The notes under the pieces were generated by a model. It was not told the DNA's origin and searched no databases. It worked only from the letters and a program-made list of their open reading frames with translations. A stretch of 64,000 nucleotides of DNA, from positions 1 through 64,000 of IMG/VR virus record IMGVR_UViG_3300033073_001881. One strand, 5' to 3'. Shown here piece by piece: positions 16,331-27,406 of this stretch. Source of the DNA: a virus (Duplodnaviria; Caudoviricetes). The translations under genes were made by a program, and so were the position numbers. Every line of letters starts with the position of its first letter. Position 1 is the first letter of the stretch.

Positions 16331-16380
16331 GTTTAATTATGAGACAAATTCTACTTTGTTTAACTTGGAATCATGCTAAA

Positions 16381-16396
16381 AGAAGCACCTGCTTCT
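16381..16396 (-). terminator. Weak intrinsic terminator after the baseplate hub gene
   Basis: AGAAGC-AGGT-GCTTCT followed by TTT on the minus strand. Confidence 0.35.
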
Positions 16397-16429
16397 GGGT
16401 TTGCAAGAGTATCAGGAACACCGGCAGTT

Positions 16430-19400
16430 TTATTTTGCAGCAGCTGATGCTGCCCTCTTTTTGGCGGCAGCTCTCCTTCCAGCGGCTGCATTTGCCTGTA
16501 TTTCTCTTTTAATATTTTCTATTGAAACATTAACGTCTATTCCGTTATCAACATCGCTATTAAAATAAAGAGCTACTATGCTATCTGGAATATTTTCTGA
16601 CTTCATAGAAATTGAAGGAAATTGATAACATTCTATTTTATTCGTATTATCACTCACAAAACCAGTAATTTGTTCATTCGTATATTCCACATTTCCAGAA
16701 GGCAAATATAAATTTATGTATTTGTTATTTTTCTTATTTCCACCATTAAAGAAATTGTAATTTACATTTACTAAATCTCCAACACCAGACACTAAATTCT
16801 GCAGTTTTGTATTGGCAGTATTCAAAAGATTGGTAGTGGCAGTCAATTTTAACATTTGTTTTGTCATTTCTATTTTTCTTGCTGACGAATTGTATATGCC
16901 ATATGCACCAACATTCATTACCAATTTTAGTGTTGTGGTGAATTCGCCGGGTGAAATTTTGTGATTTATGCCTACGCACGCATAAATATTGTCAGCTGAA
17001 GTGTTGGAAGCAAGATCTATATAAAATGATTGTCCAAAATTAACTAACGGGCAACCCAGCATTTCGACGCTAATTTCTGTAGGATTAACAATGAGAGGAA
17101 GCCCTTTATTTTTTGATGATTTTTCTGAGCTTCCCTGTGCTTCGTCTGCAGCTATAACATTAATAGTAGCCAATGCTGGATCAGATATGCTAGAAACAGT
17201 AATGTTTCTTACAAGGCCATAAGCGCCACCATACTTAATAATAGGTAGAGCTTCTGACATAAAATCTCTAACTTTTTTAGGATCATTTGATCTAAAAATT
17301 TTTGTTAAATCTATATTGTATGAAGAGCTCTTGTTTTTCTCGCCAGGCTTGGAATCATTTATAACAGGAATTATAATTCCTTTTTCATTCATTTTTTGTA
17401 TAGTGTCTGTTCTATATTTTAGAATTTTATCTGGATTTAAATCATTTGGATAAATAGATTTAAACAGTGGGTGCTTTTCGCTTAATCCTGATGTGTCAAG
17501 AAAAAATGATGAATCTGATCGCATTGCTAAAATAGCTTCAGCATGCGTAAGATAAGGTTGATTTGCCGCGTCTGTAACATGAATTCTTAAAATTGTTTGA
17601 TTTGGATTTAAAACTCCTGGTACACATTCTGTCACTATGCTTAATCTTGGCTGAACGAAATTTCTATCGTAGATTCCAGAAGCGGATAGGGATTTATCTA
17701 TTGAAGTATTACCTGTTTGCTCCAGTTCTCCCTTGTCGTTATAAGCTGCAGCAAATCCATATGCTGGGTATGTCATCGAATTAACATGTGCTATTCCAAT
17801 AACTCCAAGTAATCCAACTAAGCTTATTTTAGTATTCTTCTTAAACAAATCATTTAAGTTTGCTTGCAATTTTTTTCTATCTAACGGAAAAGAAGCTAAG
17901 GATAAACTTCTAACAAACCCACCACGATCATTTACTTTGTTAAAGATAAAGTGAATTTCATCGAATTTTTTACTTGCCTTTAAAGGTTTTCCTAAAATTA
18001 ATAAAAGCAATCTTCCAAGAGAAATACTTCCATTTTGATAATCAGAACTGTCCATTGAATTTTTAAAAGCATCTATTGAAATTAGATTTTCCTTACTTGA
18101 ATTCTTGTTTTTAAGCATGTCTTCGGTTGCAAAAAAAATCTCTTTATTTACAGGCGCGTCATTTATTAATTTTGTAACGAACTCGCTGGCAGCTTTTTCA
18201 ACAATAGAAAGACTACCACCTTGTTTAAATATTTCATCTAATTTTCTACCAAGATCCAATAAATCTCCACTTAAAGGTTTTTGTGAAGTGCTAATTCTAT
18301 TTAGAGATTTTCTTATATCACTTAAATTTTTATCATCAACTTGAAGAACAGATTCATCATTAGCTATTGAATTTATAATAGACTCACCGAAAACATCAGC
18401 GACTAATTTGCTTTGATCACCAAATGCTATTTTTTGAATATCTTTCATAGCAGCCGCTATAGCATTTTTTGAAGCCCCAACTGTCTCTGATAAATCTAAC
18501 GATTTTATATCTTGGGCTCCTTTCATAGATATTGTTGAACTTATATTTACCTGTCCTGTGTCATCAAAATTAAAAGTTGAATTGACGACAATATATTTTT
18601 CAACAATTTTTAATGAATCTATAAATTGCGCGAAGACGTCATCTTTAATTGATAAATTTTCAAGCTCTCGTGATCCAGAATTAGGATCTATAGACCATCC
18701 ATATTCTATTTCCAATTCTACAGAGGCGTAAGCTCCTGGTTTCACGAATTGAGATATTTCAGATAATCTACCTCTATCATGTAAAACAAATTCCAATTTC
18801 CCCTGCTTGTATGACATTAGACCAGCGCCAGCTGACACTTGTTCAAGATCCATAGACGTCAATGTCATTAGAGGCCTAAATCTATCAACAGGTCTTGTTC
18901 CTAAAAAGGTATTTGAATTAATGTCATCAATGTCAGAAATTAATGTTTGTGGTGAAGTAAAAAGTTCCATGCCCCCAGCGTTTGCAATCATATTTCCGTT
19001 TATATTATTTGCAAACATAATGCTATTAATATCGTCTTTTTTCCACTCTATCTTTCCTTTGAGGTATCGAATTAAAGAAAGAGAGTCAGCAATTGTATTA
19101 CTTCCATTAGTAGATATTGAGGTTGGGGACATGATTTTTATAGAAACATATGGAACCGCTCTAGACGCAATATGAGGAGGAATTAAAGAGGTAAATATCG
19201 AAATTCCGATTGTGTCCCTAATGGCAGTTCCTATCTTTGAATCTAACAATTCAAAGACTGTTATTGCTGAGTCTTCTTTTGTTGGAACGTTATTTTCAGG
19301 ATAAAATTTAAAATCTTCTAAATTTAGAAAGCCATCTTCTAAATAAATGTTTCCTTTTATATTGGAACCATCTGAATATGAACTATTTCCATTTATAAGA

Positions 19401-19711
19401 GGCGAATTATTTCCGTTAAGTAATTGTTTAGATCCTGTTATTCTGATTAAAGACGAAATATTGTCGATACCTTCAGAAGCCTTTAATCTATCTAAAAGCT
19501 CAGAAATTCCGTAACCTCCATTTATTAAGTCTACAATCGGATCTAAAGATTTTCTTCTATCATCATCAAGAATAGCAGAATTGCCTGTATTTGAATTTGC
19601 TGCTATAGTTCCATTTAAAATCTGATCTATAAGATCAGCCGACACAGAACCTCTTATGTAAGGTCTAATTTTTTTGATAGCATCTTCATACATTTCACGT
19701 CTTGAAGCCAT
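16430..19711 (-). CDS. Baseplate hub-like protein (gp27/gpD-like), 1093 aa
   Basis: C-terminal ISVEMLGCPLVNFGQSFYI...YACVGINHKISPGEFTTTLKL pattern; follows the LysM and tube-initiator genes. Confidence 0.65.
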   Translation of the reverse strand: MASRREMYEDAIKKIRPYIRGSVSADLIDQILNGTIAANSNTGNSAILDDDRRKSLDPIVDLINGGYGISELLDRLKASEGIDNISSLIRITGSKQLLNGNNSPLINGNSSYSDGSNIKGNIYLEDGFLNLEDFKFYPENNVPTKEDSAITVFELLDSKIGTAIRDTIGISIFTSLIPPHIASRAVPYVSIKIMSPTSISTNGSNTIADSLSLIRYLKGKIEWKKDDINSIMFANNINGNMIANAGGMELFTSPQTLISDIDDINSNTFLGTRPVDRFRPLMTLTSMDLEQVSAGAGLMSYKQGKLEFVLHDRGRLSEISQFVKPGAYASVELEIEYGWSIDPNSGSRELENLSIKDDVFAQFIDSLKIVEKYIVVNSTFNFDDTGQVNISSTISMKGAQDIKSLDLSETVGASKNAIAAAMKDIQKIAFGDQSKLVADVFGESIINSIANDESVLQVDDKNLSDIRKSLNRISTSQKPLSGDLLDLGRKLDEIFKQGGSLSIVEKAASEFVTKLINDAPVNKEIFFATEDMLKNKNSSKENLISIDAFKNSMDSSDYQNGSISLGRLLLLILGKPLKASKKFDEIHFIFNKVNDRGGFVRSLSLASFPLDRKKLQANLNDLFKKNTKISLVGLLGVIGIAHVNSMTYPAYGFAAAYNDKGELEQTGNTSIDKSLSASGIYDRNFVQPRLSIVTECVPGVLNPNQTILRIHVTDAANQPYLTHAEAILAMRSDSSFFLDTSGLSEKHPLFKSIYPNDLNPDKILKYRTDTIQKMNEKGIIIPVINDSKPGEKNKSSSYNIDLTKIFRSNDPKKVRDFMSEALPIIKYGGAYGLVRNITVSSISDPALATINVIAADEAQGSSEKSSKNKGLPLIVNPTEISVEMLGCPLVNFGQSFYIDLASNTSADNIYACVGINHKISPGEFTTTLKLVMNVGAYGIYNSSARKIEMTKQMLKLTATTNLLNTANTKLQNLVSGVGDLVNVNYNFFNGGNKKNNKYINLYLPSGNVEYTNEQITGFVSDNTNKIECYQFPSISMKSENIPDSIVALYFNSDVDNGIDVNVSIENIKREIQANAAAGRRAAAKKRAASAAAK

Positions 19712-19998
19712 TAAATTATCCTGTTTACCTGTTGAAGATTTGGAATCAAAAGTCTAGTGCCAGGAGGAACCTGAAGTGCCCAACCGATGCCACTCGCAGC
19801 AGCGATGATCCACCAAAGTGTTGAATCGTTATAAAACTTACCTGCTAATGTATCAAGGCGGTCGCCTTCTTGTAAAACATAGACGTTAGAAGATACTACA
19901 CCTGCTTGAACGGCATCATAAATTTTTACAGGAGATTTTGAGGCTCCTTTTGATTTTCCGAATTCATAAACGGTTGATGAATCATATCTGCTTGTCAT
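19711..19998 (-). CDS. LysM-domain baseplate protein (P2 gpX / T4 gp53-like)
   Basis: YVLQEGDRLDTLAGKFYNDSTLWWIIAAASGI...GTRLLIP. Confidence 0.85.
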   Translation of the reverse strand: MTSRYDSSTVYEFGKSKGASKSPVKIYDAVQAGVVSSNVYVLQEGDRLDTLAGKFYNDSTLWWIIAAASGIGWALQVPPGTRLLIPNLQQVNRII

Positions 19999-20000
19999 TT

Positions 20001-23000
20001 TTATGCCTTCTTAATCTTCAGTGGTTGTGAAAGCGTTTGATTGTTATTATCGTCATCAACAATGTCAGACATAAATCTACGACGAGTAATATCACCAACA
20101 GGATATGCAACTGATCTTGCAGTACCATCTGCCCCAAGGCCCATTGGAATATCGTGAACTGGAGAAAATGTGACAGATATAATCGCCATATTTGGAGCCC
20201 TGCTTCCTCTTTCAACATTCCATGTCATATCTGTGCTTCCATAATCTACACTAAGTGAAGTGATAAAGCCGGCGAGTCCTCGCCCGCCGGATCCGTCTTC
20301 AAATGATTTAACGATAGCATTCTTGTTAGGATCAAGGAAATTACTGACTTCGTTTTCTGGGGAGGAAGGTTCAAGAATACCAAAATCTATTTTTATGCTA
20401 TCATCAAGAATAGTGACATCGCCTGCTTTGACAACGGCAAACGACATTGTTTTTGAATTATCAAATCTTGGCATCAATTCAATAGGCGTATCAAATTCAA
20501 CAACTACGTCTGCAAGAGCGTCTTTGCTTGATAGCCATCCTGTTTGTCTATATCCAACGATCTTACATGTAAGATCGGATTTAATTTTCTCTGAGTTTCC
20601 ACCTGTATTACTTAGTGCGTCTTCTCTTGTCTCATATAATTTATATCTGCCTGGTCTTATTTTCGCCGTCTGTCTTGTAAAAACAGCGTTCGCACTTGAA
20701 ACCCCTATGTCAAATAGGTCATTTTTTACGTTTATTCCTGCAGGAATGTTGAGATCATAACTTGTTCCTCGACCTGATAGAGGCTTTTTAATATCATTTT
20801 TAGCCTCTGAATTTTCAGTTCCTGCAAATATAGACTTACTCATGCCATCCGGCGAGAAGGGAGTTTCTTCGTTAAGATCAACATCATTTATTTTTGCCCC
20901 TGTTTTGTCAAGACCAAAAATTCTGCTTAATCCAAACCTTGAATAGTTACTACTAATAACGTCACCGATTCTTACTCGAAGAAGAGGAGATGCTGCGATA
21001 GTTTGACTGAAAGGCTGCGTAAATGTATTTTTACTTCCATCAGTTATTTCGTCACCAGCACTCCATTGCGGATAAATCATATTAACTAATTTGTTAATCG
21101 AATACCACATATTTTCATGATCTTCGGGACTTGTTGAAACTACGTTGAATGAAAAGCTAATTGCCCTTGTTGTATTTTTGTAGATCTGAATTGGATCCAT
21201 TCTTCCAAAACCTTCTACAGAATTATAGTTTGCGCTAAAACTATCTGATAAACTTGATAAAAATGCATGAAATGATAAAATTTCGTTTGTTCTTATATCA
21301 TGAAAATAAAAAGGCATGTATTCAGCGTCTAATAATGTTTCATGATATTTTCTAGTTTCTGGGTCTATTCTTCCATTACTACTTGTTACTTTTTTAGCTC
21401 TTAAATTTCTAAGAGCACCTGCGCCCGTTACCTTAGCATCTCCAATCGAATGAGGATAAAGCGCAAAGGATCTTAATAAGTCTTCAGTCACAAGTTCTGT
21501 TCTAGTGTAACCTAAAGAAATATGCGACCATGCTAACCTATTAGATGCTGTTGTGTCTCTTGTTTTTGATACTCTTGATTGTGCTGTTGAAAATAAATTC
21601 GTTGTAAGACCTGCAGGCGCATTTGAAGGTGCACCTGGAATTATTTTACCAGGATCTAATGGTTGATCTGGATCTGAGTCTGTGTTTGCGTATTTTGCAT
21701 ATTGCGCGACAATACCCAGACGAGCACAAGTATCTACGAATCTAAGAAGTTTTAATTCACGAATTCCAGCGATAACTCCAATGATGCTTGATTCTGAAAC
21801 GCTGGAATTCGTGAATAGCGCAAGATCACGAGCGACTTCTCTTACTATTGTTAGATAGTAGCCAGGTGACATAGAAAAATTAATTGCAATATTAACTGTT
21901 GAAGATGCAACTGCTGCTAAAACAGAAGCTGCGGAATCTGCATTGACGAATTTACTTGTATCAATACCAACGATTGAAAGAACACCTACAAGAGCTGACA
22001 AGAAATAAGAAACTAGAAAAGGCCCATCATAGGGCTGCATAACACCTAACAATTTAGAAATCAAATGACCAACATTTGCCAAGGCACCACGGAGACTTGA
22101 TTCGTCGTCACCTCCAAATAAGAATTTACCGAAAGTAGTTCCCCTTTCAGAACCTAAAGGCAAAGTTTCTGTTTCTGGATTTGGTCTTGGTAGTTTTCCT
22201 ACAATTAGAGAAACAATTAAAGAAACTACGCTTACAGCAATAAAAAGTGCTGCGTATGCAAGTAGTGCTATTGCTACTTCACTTAAAGTGCCTGTACCTG
22301 AAAAATTCTTTAAATAACTATTGAGCTGCCCGTATGTTTGTACATTATATTTTGCTGGGCTTGCTCCCGGCATATCTGTTTCAAAACCCTTCAGATCATC
22401 TGTAAAAACTTCATTCAGATCTGAATTACTGTCAGTTGTGTATCTTGATCTGTTAGATCCTGGTGATAGATTCTCTATCTTCACCTTGTCAGAATCAAAT
22501 ATGTTTGGGAATATACCAATTCGCGGTAGTGAATTTTTTATATCAACTTCACCTGAATTGTTCATATCATTAATTGAAATTTGTCCACCACCAGGACCCG
22601 ATGATCCGCCTGCCGCATTTATCATTGATACAAGTGCAGATCGGCGCATTATAGTATAAACATCCTCTCCACTTACATTTGCACCATCAACAGATGCAGG
22701 TGATTGAGGCTGTGAAGATTTGTGCGTTCCTAATGAAAATTTATTTGCCGATGTAAATCTGTTACTTGATAAGACTGCACTTTTTACTATATCTCTTGTT
22801 TTTTCTGATTGTAATAATTCGTTTCCATAAGTTCCACCATTCGTTTCTCTTTCTGAAGATGGAACAACTTTGACAGCATTTCTTAATTCTTGATTTCCAA
22901 GATGAGGTATCATCTCATCATCTTTGGCGTATGAACCTGCACTTTTTTGTTGCGCGTCTGCATTATCTACATGAATTTCGTTTGTCACAGGAATTCTATT

Positions 23001-23177
23001 AGGACGAGGAGGCAAATAAGTGTATTCGCCATTTCCTTGAACAGGAGGAGTAAATGTTTCTTCACCTGCTAATGTTCTCTTAGCTAAGTAGTCACCAAGC
23101 TTTCTTTTAGCAGGTCTTTGAAGATCCTTGCCATCTTCATCAAGGATAAATTCGTTTGGTCCTATTCCTGTTGGCAT
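20001..23177 (-). CDS. Tail-tube initiator / baseplate protein (gp48/gp54-like core) with long N-terminal extension
   Basis: FHAFLSSLSDSFSANYNSVEGFGRMDPIQIYKNTTRAISFSFNVV and SPLLRVRIGD motifs; directly follows the tape measure region. Confidence 0.6.
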   Translation of the reverse strand: MPTGIGPNEFILDEDGKDLQRPAKRKLGDYLAKRTLAGEETFTPPVQGNGEYTYLPPRPNRIPVTNEIHVDNADAQQKSAGSYAKDDEMIPHLGNQELRNAVKVVPSSERETNGGTYGNELLQSEKTRDIVKSAVLSSNRFTSANKFSLGTHKSSQPQSPASVDGANVSGEDVYTIMRRSALVSMINAAGGSSGPGGGQISINDMNNSGEVDIKNSLPRIGIFPNIFDSDKVKIENLSPGSNRSRYTTDSNSDLNEVFTDDLKGFETDMPGASPAKYNVQTYGQLNSYLKNFSGTGTLSEVAIALLAYAALFIAVSVVSLIVSLIVGKLPRPNPETETLPLGSERGTTFGKFLFGGDDESSLRGALANVGHLISKLLGVMQPYDGPFLVSYFLSALVGVLSIVGIDTSKFVNADSAASVLAAVASSTVNIAINFSMSPGYYLTIVREVARDLALFTNSSVSESSIIGVIAGIRELKLLRFVDTCARLGIVAQYAKYANTDSDPDQPLDPGKIIPGAPSNAPAGLTTNLFSTAQSRVSKTRDTTASNRLAWSHISLGYTRTELVTEDLLRSFALYPHSIGDAKVTGAGALRNLRAKKVTSSNGRIDPETRKYHETLLDAEYMPFYFHDIRTNEILSFHAFLSSLSDSFSANYNSVEGFGRMDPIQIYKNTTRAISFSFNVVSTSPEDHENMWYSINKLVNMIYPQWSAGDEITDGSKNTFTQPFSQTIAASPLLRVRIGDVISSNYSRFGLSRIFGLDKTGAKINDVDLNEETPFSPDGMSKSIFAGTENSEAKNDIKKPLSGRGTSYDLNIPAGINVKNDLFDIGVSSANAVFTRQTAKIRPGRYKLYETREDALSNTGGNSEKIKSDLTCKIVGYRQTGWLSSKDALADVVVEFDTPIELMPRFDNSKTMSFAVVKAGDVTILDDSIKIDFGILEPSSPENEVSNFLDPNKNAIVKSFEDGSGGRGLAGFITSLSVDYGSTDMTWNVERGSRAPNMAIISVTFSPVHDIPMGLGADGTARSVAYPVGDITRRRFMSDIVDDDNNNQTLSQPLKIKKA

Positions 23178-23407
23178 TATTTAGCTCCTGTTTTATCCTT
23201 AATTGCCGATGCAAGTTCCTCCTCAGTAAAATTAGACTGAGAAATTTTATTTGAAAAACCGTTAATGGCACCAGTTGCCAGACTTAGAAGTGAAGCTACC
23301 GCTTCATCAACTTGCAATAATTCTTCTGGTTTTACCTTGCTTCTAAGCGCAATCCAGACTGGATTGTTTTCTAATTCTTGTTTAAGATTTTCTTGATAAT
23401 TTTTCAT
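23177..23407 (-). CDS. Hypothetical protein
   Basis: 76-aa ORF overlapping both neighbours (translational coupling). Confidence 0.65.
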   Translation of the reverse strand: MKNYQENLKQELENNPVWIALRSKVKPEELLQVDEAVASLLSLATGAINGFSNKISQSNFTEEELASAIKDKTGAK

Positions 23408-26400
23408 GTGTATTTTACACCATTGTACATTCCGTCGTAAAGGTTGTTGTCAGGACTATAAGTAGGATCATTGAACTTAGTTAAAAGGTCCTTCACTTCC
23501 TTGTTTCCTTTTTTAACCTGACTATTGGCAACCTTGAAAATATCATTTACGAATTCTTCCGCCTTGAATGTCACGCCCATATTGATCGTGATGTTTATAG
23601 GTTTGTGTTCCATTTCAATTTTATCACGATGAACCTGTAGCTTATTTGAAAGCTTATCAATTACGACGTCCATTGGAGTGACATCAAGCCTTGATAGAAG
23701 TTCATCAAGCTCTTTAATATCTGCGGTCGCATCAACAAGAATTTTGACTATACCTTCTGTATAAGCAGTTTTAAATGAATTCATTGCCAAGGAAAGATTT
23801 TCAAGAATATGAATACCTGACATCATTCCTTCCATAGTTCCAGTCGAATTTAAAGCTGAGGCTGCAATTTGCATGACATTAGTAATTGAATTCGATATTT
23901 CGCTTGCAATTTTTTCGAATCCTGCCTTGAAAGAACCAGAAACAGTTGCAACAGTTCCATCAAATATTCCAAGAAGTTTGGAATTTAAATCACCTAATCC
24001 GTTTAGAAGACCGTCTGTGAAGAATCCACCGATATCTTCTGCTTCTTTAGATGGAGAATGAATTCCAAAAACGTCTTTTAGTGAATCAATTACTCCAGAA
24101 CCGATTTCTCCTACTTTGGTCGACATATTTGATATGCCTGACATGAAACCTTCAAGAACGTTCTTTCCTAATGATGAGAATTCATCAAAATTTAGAAAGT
24201 CACTGATGTAAGCCCAAGTTTCATTCATCAAATCCCATATTTTTGTAGGCAGTCCTGACAAGGTGCTCATAAGTCCATCGACCATAAATCCGCCGAATTC
24301 TGCCATTACAGTAGAAGGGCTATTAATTCCCCAATAGCTTGCAAACGCAGTCCATATATCGTCGAACCACTTATTTAAATAGTCGTCTAATTTAACAAGT
24401 CCCTTCCATAATCCAATCGCCATATCGATACCGACGTTAAATAAATCTTTTACAACGCCAGATAGTCCTTTATCCAAAAAGTAATTCCACATTTTTTCTA
24501 ATTTAGAATTAATTACGTAACCAATTGATTCAAACAATGTTAAAACGTATTTTAATCCATCAGTCAAAATCCAGATAGCGACTTTTTTACCAATTTGCAA
24601 AATCGAATCAAGAACATTTGGAATGATGTCAGTAAAAAATGAAATCGTGGAATCCCAAACAAAAGAAAACATAGAGTCAATTAACTTTTCAAGTCCAGCC
24701 CCCGCTTTTGCTCCATCATTGGCAACTGACCCAGAACCGAATATTCCACTTATCCATTCACCAAAACCAGTAAACATTCCGAATATATTGTTTAAAGACT
24801 TATTAAAAGAATCTTTAAATCCTGTTAGACCCATGTCATCAAGCATTGTGTCAAATTTAGCCTTGATATCAGCAGTAAATTTCGCGATAGAATTAATAAC
24901 GTCATCTGACATTAATCCGAAAGTTAAAGCGTCTATAATACCAGCGACTCCAATGCCCGCTTGAACTGCTGCATCGTCATATGATTTTCTTAATTCATTT
25001 CCAATAGTTTCAGACATTTCAGACATTTTACTGCCGGCTTGGGCTGCAAGGACACCAATTGCGACCGGCCCGGCTATTTTGCTAAAGACACCTAATACTT
25101 TTGACAAACCAGGTATTGCGGCTTCCATACCGGTAGAAAATCTTGTAATCATCGTCTTACCAGCCTTTCCAGCAGCAACACCAGCAGTGCCTGTCGCTGT
25201 TCCACCAGTAAATATTGAAGTTACTGACGACCAAAAGCTTGTTGCTATTCCTTTTAAGGCAGTTTTTGCTATACCAAAAATAAAAAAGTCAAACATAAGT
25301 GACATAATTTTGTCACCATGTTTTTCCCAAACCACCTTGACAAGTTCAATTAGCGCGGTGCCGATTTCCATAGCAGAATCAGATATCTGATTTATTATTG
25401 GCATAATAACGCTAGAGAAAAAACCTTGCGCTTCAGTAGGTATTTTAGGATTTTTAATAAAATCTGTTATTTGCTTAATACCAAGAGTTAATTGCTCGCC
25501 AATTTCCTTGATTAAAAACTTAAAAATTGATCCGATAGTTTTTGCAAACGATTTTAATCCTGACATGAATTTAGAACCAGCAGCGCCATCACCGCTTAGT
25601 TGATCAAAAAAGTCATTAATTTTTTTCTTAAAGTCTTCAAGAGCAGTTGATGGGTCGCCTTCTAAACTTACAAAAAGATTAGAAAGAGCAGCAGAAAATT
25701 CACTAATAACATTTTTAAATTTACCATCACCAAAAAAATCATGCATTGCACCCAGCATTGTTTTTACGCCTGGGAAAGCATTTACAAAAACATCACCGAC
25801 AGCTCGACCTGCATGTCTAACAGCAATTAGAGCACCGCCAATATCATGAAGAACCTGTCTCATTGGTCCGGCTCTTGAAACTCCTTCGCCAAAACCTGTA
25901 ATAAATTCTTGCATGAAAGAGCCGCTATGTTGTAGCTGCTCAATAACTCTTTCAATATTTTTGCCTAATTTTTCAAAAATTTCAGCCTGTGTTTTTTGCT
26001 TTTGACCGCTTTTGTCAGCTTCTTTTTGAATTTCTTCATAAGATTTTCCAACGTTACTTGCCGAGAAAGCTGTTCTTACTAAGTTTTCATCCATTCCTGT
26101 AAGAGTTGCAAGTTGCTTAATTTGCGCCTTGTTCATATTTTCGGCGGATGCACCAGCTTGCATCATTTGTTGTCTTAAATATTCGAATTGCTTTGCTGGA
26201 TTTTCTTCTTTCATCATTCTCATTGGATCAATGATAGCTCCAAACGACTGTGCAAGTTTTGAAGCGTTCGTAGCAGCAGTTTCAAAATCTGCGAATTGAT
26301 CCATTATTCCAACAACATCTTTTAATTCAAGGCCAAAAGATCTTACTGAAACTGAAGCTGTTGCCATTTGTTCTTTTGTAAGCCTTCCAAATTTGCCCGA

Positions 26401-27369
26401 TTGAGTTGTAAGGAATGCCATATCTCTTGCTATATCTTTTTGCGATATTCCAAATTTATCTGCTAAATCTTCGGCAACATTTGCCATCTTTGTCATTTCT
26501 CTATTAAAATCAGTTCCCATAGCTTTGGAATGATTTATAAGAGCTCTCATATCTTCGTCAGATAGCCCGAGACCTTTCTTGAAAACAAGAAGATCGCCAG
26601 CTGCATCTTTAAATTTACGACCTAACAAATTAACAGCAGGACCTAAAGCGACAGCCATGCTCAAAGATTCACGAATTGCTGCGGCGGTTCCGCCAGGTCC
26701 TAATCCAAAGACCCTGCCAATTGAAAGCCCAGACGCCTTTAATTCTTTTGACATATCTTGGGTGGCGTCTATTACTTGTTTTGAAAATCCTCTACCGATA
26801 TCACCAAATTGTTTTCTTACTTCTTCTTTGGCCACAGCAATTTCATAACCGGCAGTTGCTAGTTCGGCCGCTTTATTCATAATAATATCGAATATTTCAA
26901 CAAACGGCGCTAATAAAGATTTTCCTATTTGAAAAGCCGAATTTCCCAAGTCTGAAAATGTAGTTATTAACAGCTTGCTTTTAACAATCATGTTGTTAAA
27001 GCCAGAAGTAGTTAATTTAAAAAGAAAATTAAATGATTTTTCTAATTGATTTACTTCTTTGTCGGCATCCCACAAAGAATAATAAAAATCATTTGAATTT
27101 TTTGAAGCGTCCGATAAACCCGAATTCAATAATTCGAATGTTGATACAGAATTTTTTGCTGATTTTTCTGCAGCATCGAGGCCTGCTCTAATTTCATTAA
27201 GATTTTCGATGACATCATTAAGACCATTATTGTTTAGCGTTTCCTTTAATTGCAAAGCTAAATTAATTTGATCTTCTATTAAAGATGCCTGTTTTGTTTG
27301 AAGTCTTAGTCTTGCTTCAATAGCTTCGTTAATTTCAAGCTGAATTTTAAGATTATCAACCTCTGCCAT
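23404..27369 (-). CDS. Tape measure protein
   Basis: 1321 aa, helical Ala/Gly-rich, periodic aromatic residues, FGIHSPSKE / WGINSPSTV motifs; located between chaperone and baseplate genes. Confidence 0.85.
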   Translation of the reverse strand: MAEVDNLKIQLEINEAIEARLRLQTKQASLIEDQINLALQLKETLNNNGLNDVIENLNEIRAGLDAAEKSAKNSVSTFELLNSGLSDASKNSNDFYYSLWDADKEVNQLEKSFNFLFKLTTSGFNNMIVKSKLLITTFSDLGNSAFQIGKSLLAPFVEIFDIIMNKAAELATAGYEIAVAKEEVRKQFGDIGRGFSKQVIDATQDMSKELKASGLSIGRVFGLGPGGTAAAIRESLSMAVALGPAVNLLGRKFKDAAGDLLVFKKGLGLSDEDMRALINHSKAMGTDFNREMTKMANVAEDLADKFGISQKDIARDMAFLTTQSGKFGRLTKEQMATASVSVRSFGLELKDVVGIMDQFADFETAATNASKLAQSFGAIIDPMRMMKEENPAKQFEYLRQQMMQAGASAENMNKAQIKQLATLTGMDENLVRTAFSASNVGKSYEEIQKEADKSGQKQKTQAEIFEKLGKNIERVIEQLQHSGSFMQEFITGFGEGVSRAGPMRQVLHDIGGALIAVRHAGRAVGDVFVNAFPGVKTMLGAMHDFFGDGKFKNVISEFSAALSNLFVSLEGDPSTALEDFKKKINDFFDQLSGDGAAGSKFMSGLKSFAKTIGSIFKFLIKEIGEQLTLGIKQITDFIKNPKIPTEAQGFFSSVIMPIINQISDSAMEIGTALIELVKVVWEKHGDKIMSLMFDFFIFGIAKTALKGIATSFWSSVTSIFTGGTATGTAGVAAGKAGKTMITRFSTGMEAAIPGLSKVLGVFSKIAGPVAIGVLAAQAGSKMSEMSETIGNELRKSYDDAAVQAGIGVAGIIDALTFGLMSDDVINSIAKFTADIKAKFDTMLDDMGLTGFKDSFNKSLNNIFGMFTGFGEWISGIFGSGSVANDGAKAGAGLEKLIDSMFSFVWDSTISFFTDIIPNVLDSILQIGKKVAIWILTDGLKYVLTLFESIGYVINSKLEKMWNYFLDKGLSGVVKDLFNVGIDMAIGLWKGLVKLDDYLNKWFDDIWTAFASYWGINSPSTVMAEFGGFMVDGLMSTLSGLPTKIWDLMNETWAYISDFLNFDEFSSLGKNVLEGFMSGISNMSTKVGEIGSGVIDSLKDVFGIHSPSKEAEDIGGFFTDGLLNGLGDLNSKLLGIFDGTVATVSGSFKAGFEKIASEISNSITNVMQIAASALNSTGTMEGMMSGIHILENLSLAMNSFKTAYTEGIVKILVDATADIKELDELLSRLDVTPMDVVIDKLSNKLQVHRDKIEMEHKPINITINMGVTFKAEEFVNDIFKVANSQVKKGNKEVKDLLTKFNDPTYSPDNNLYDGMYNGVKYT

Positions 27370-27406
27370 TGAAGCTCCTTACTTTATTTATCATAACATC
27401 TAATTT

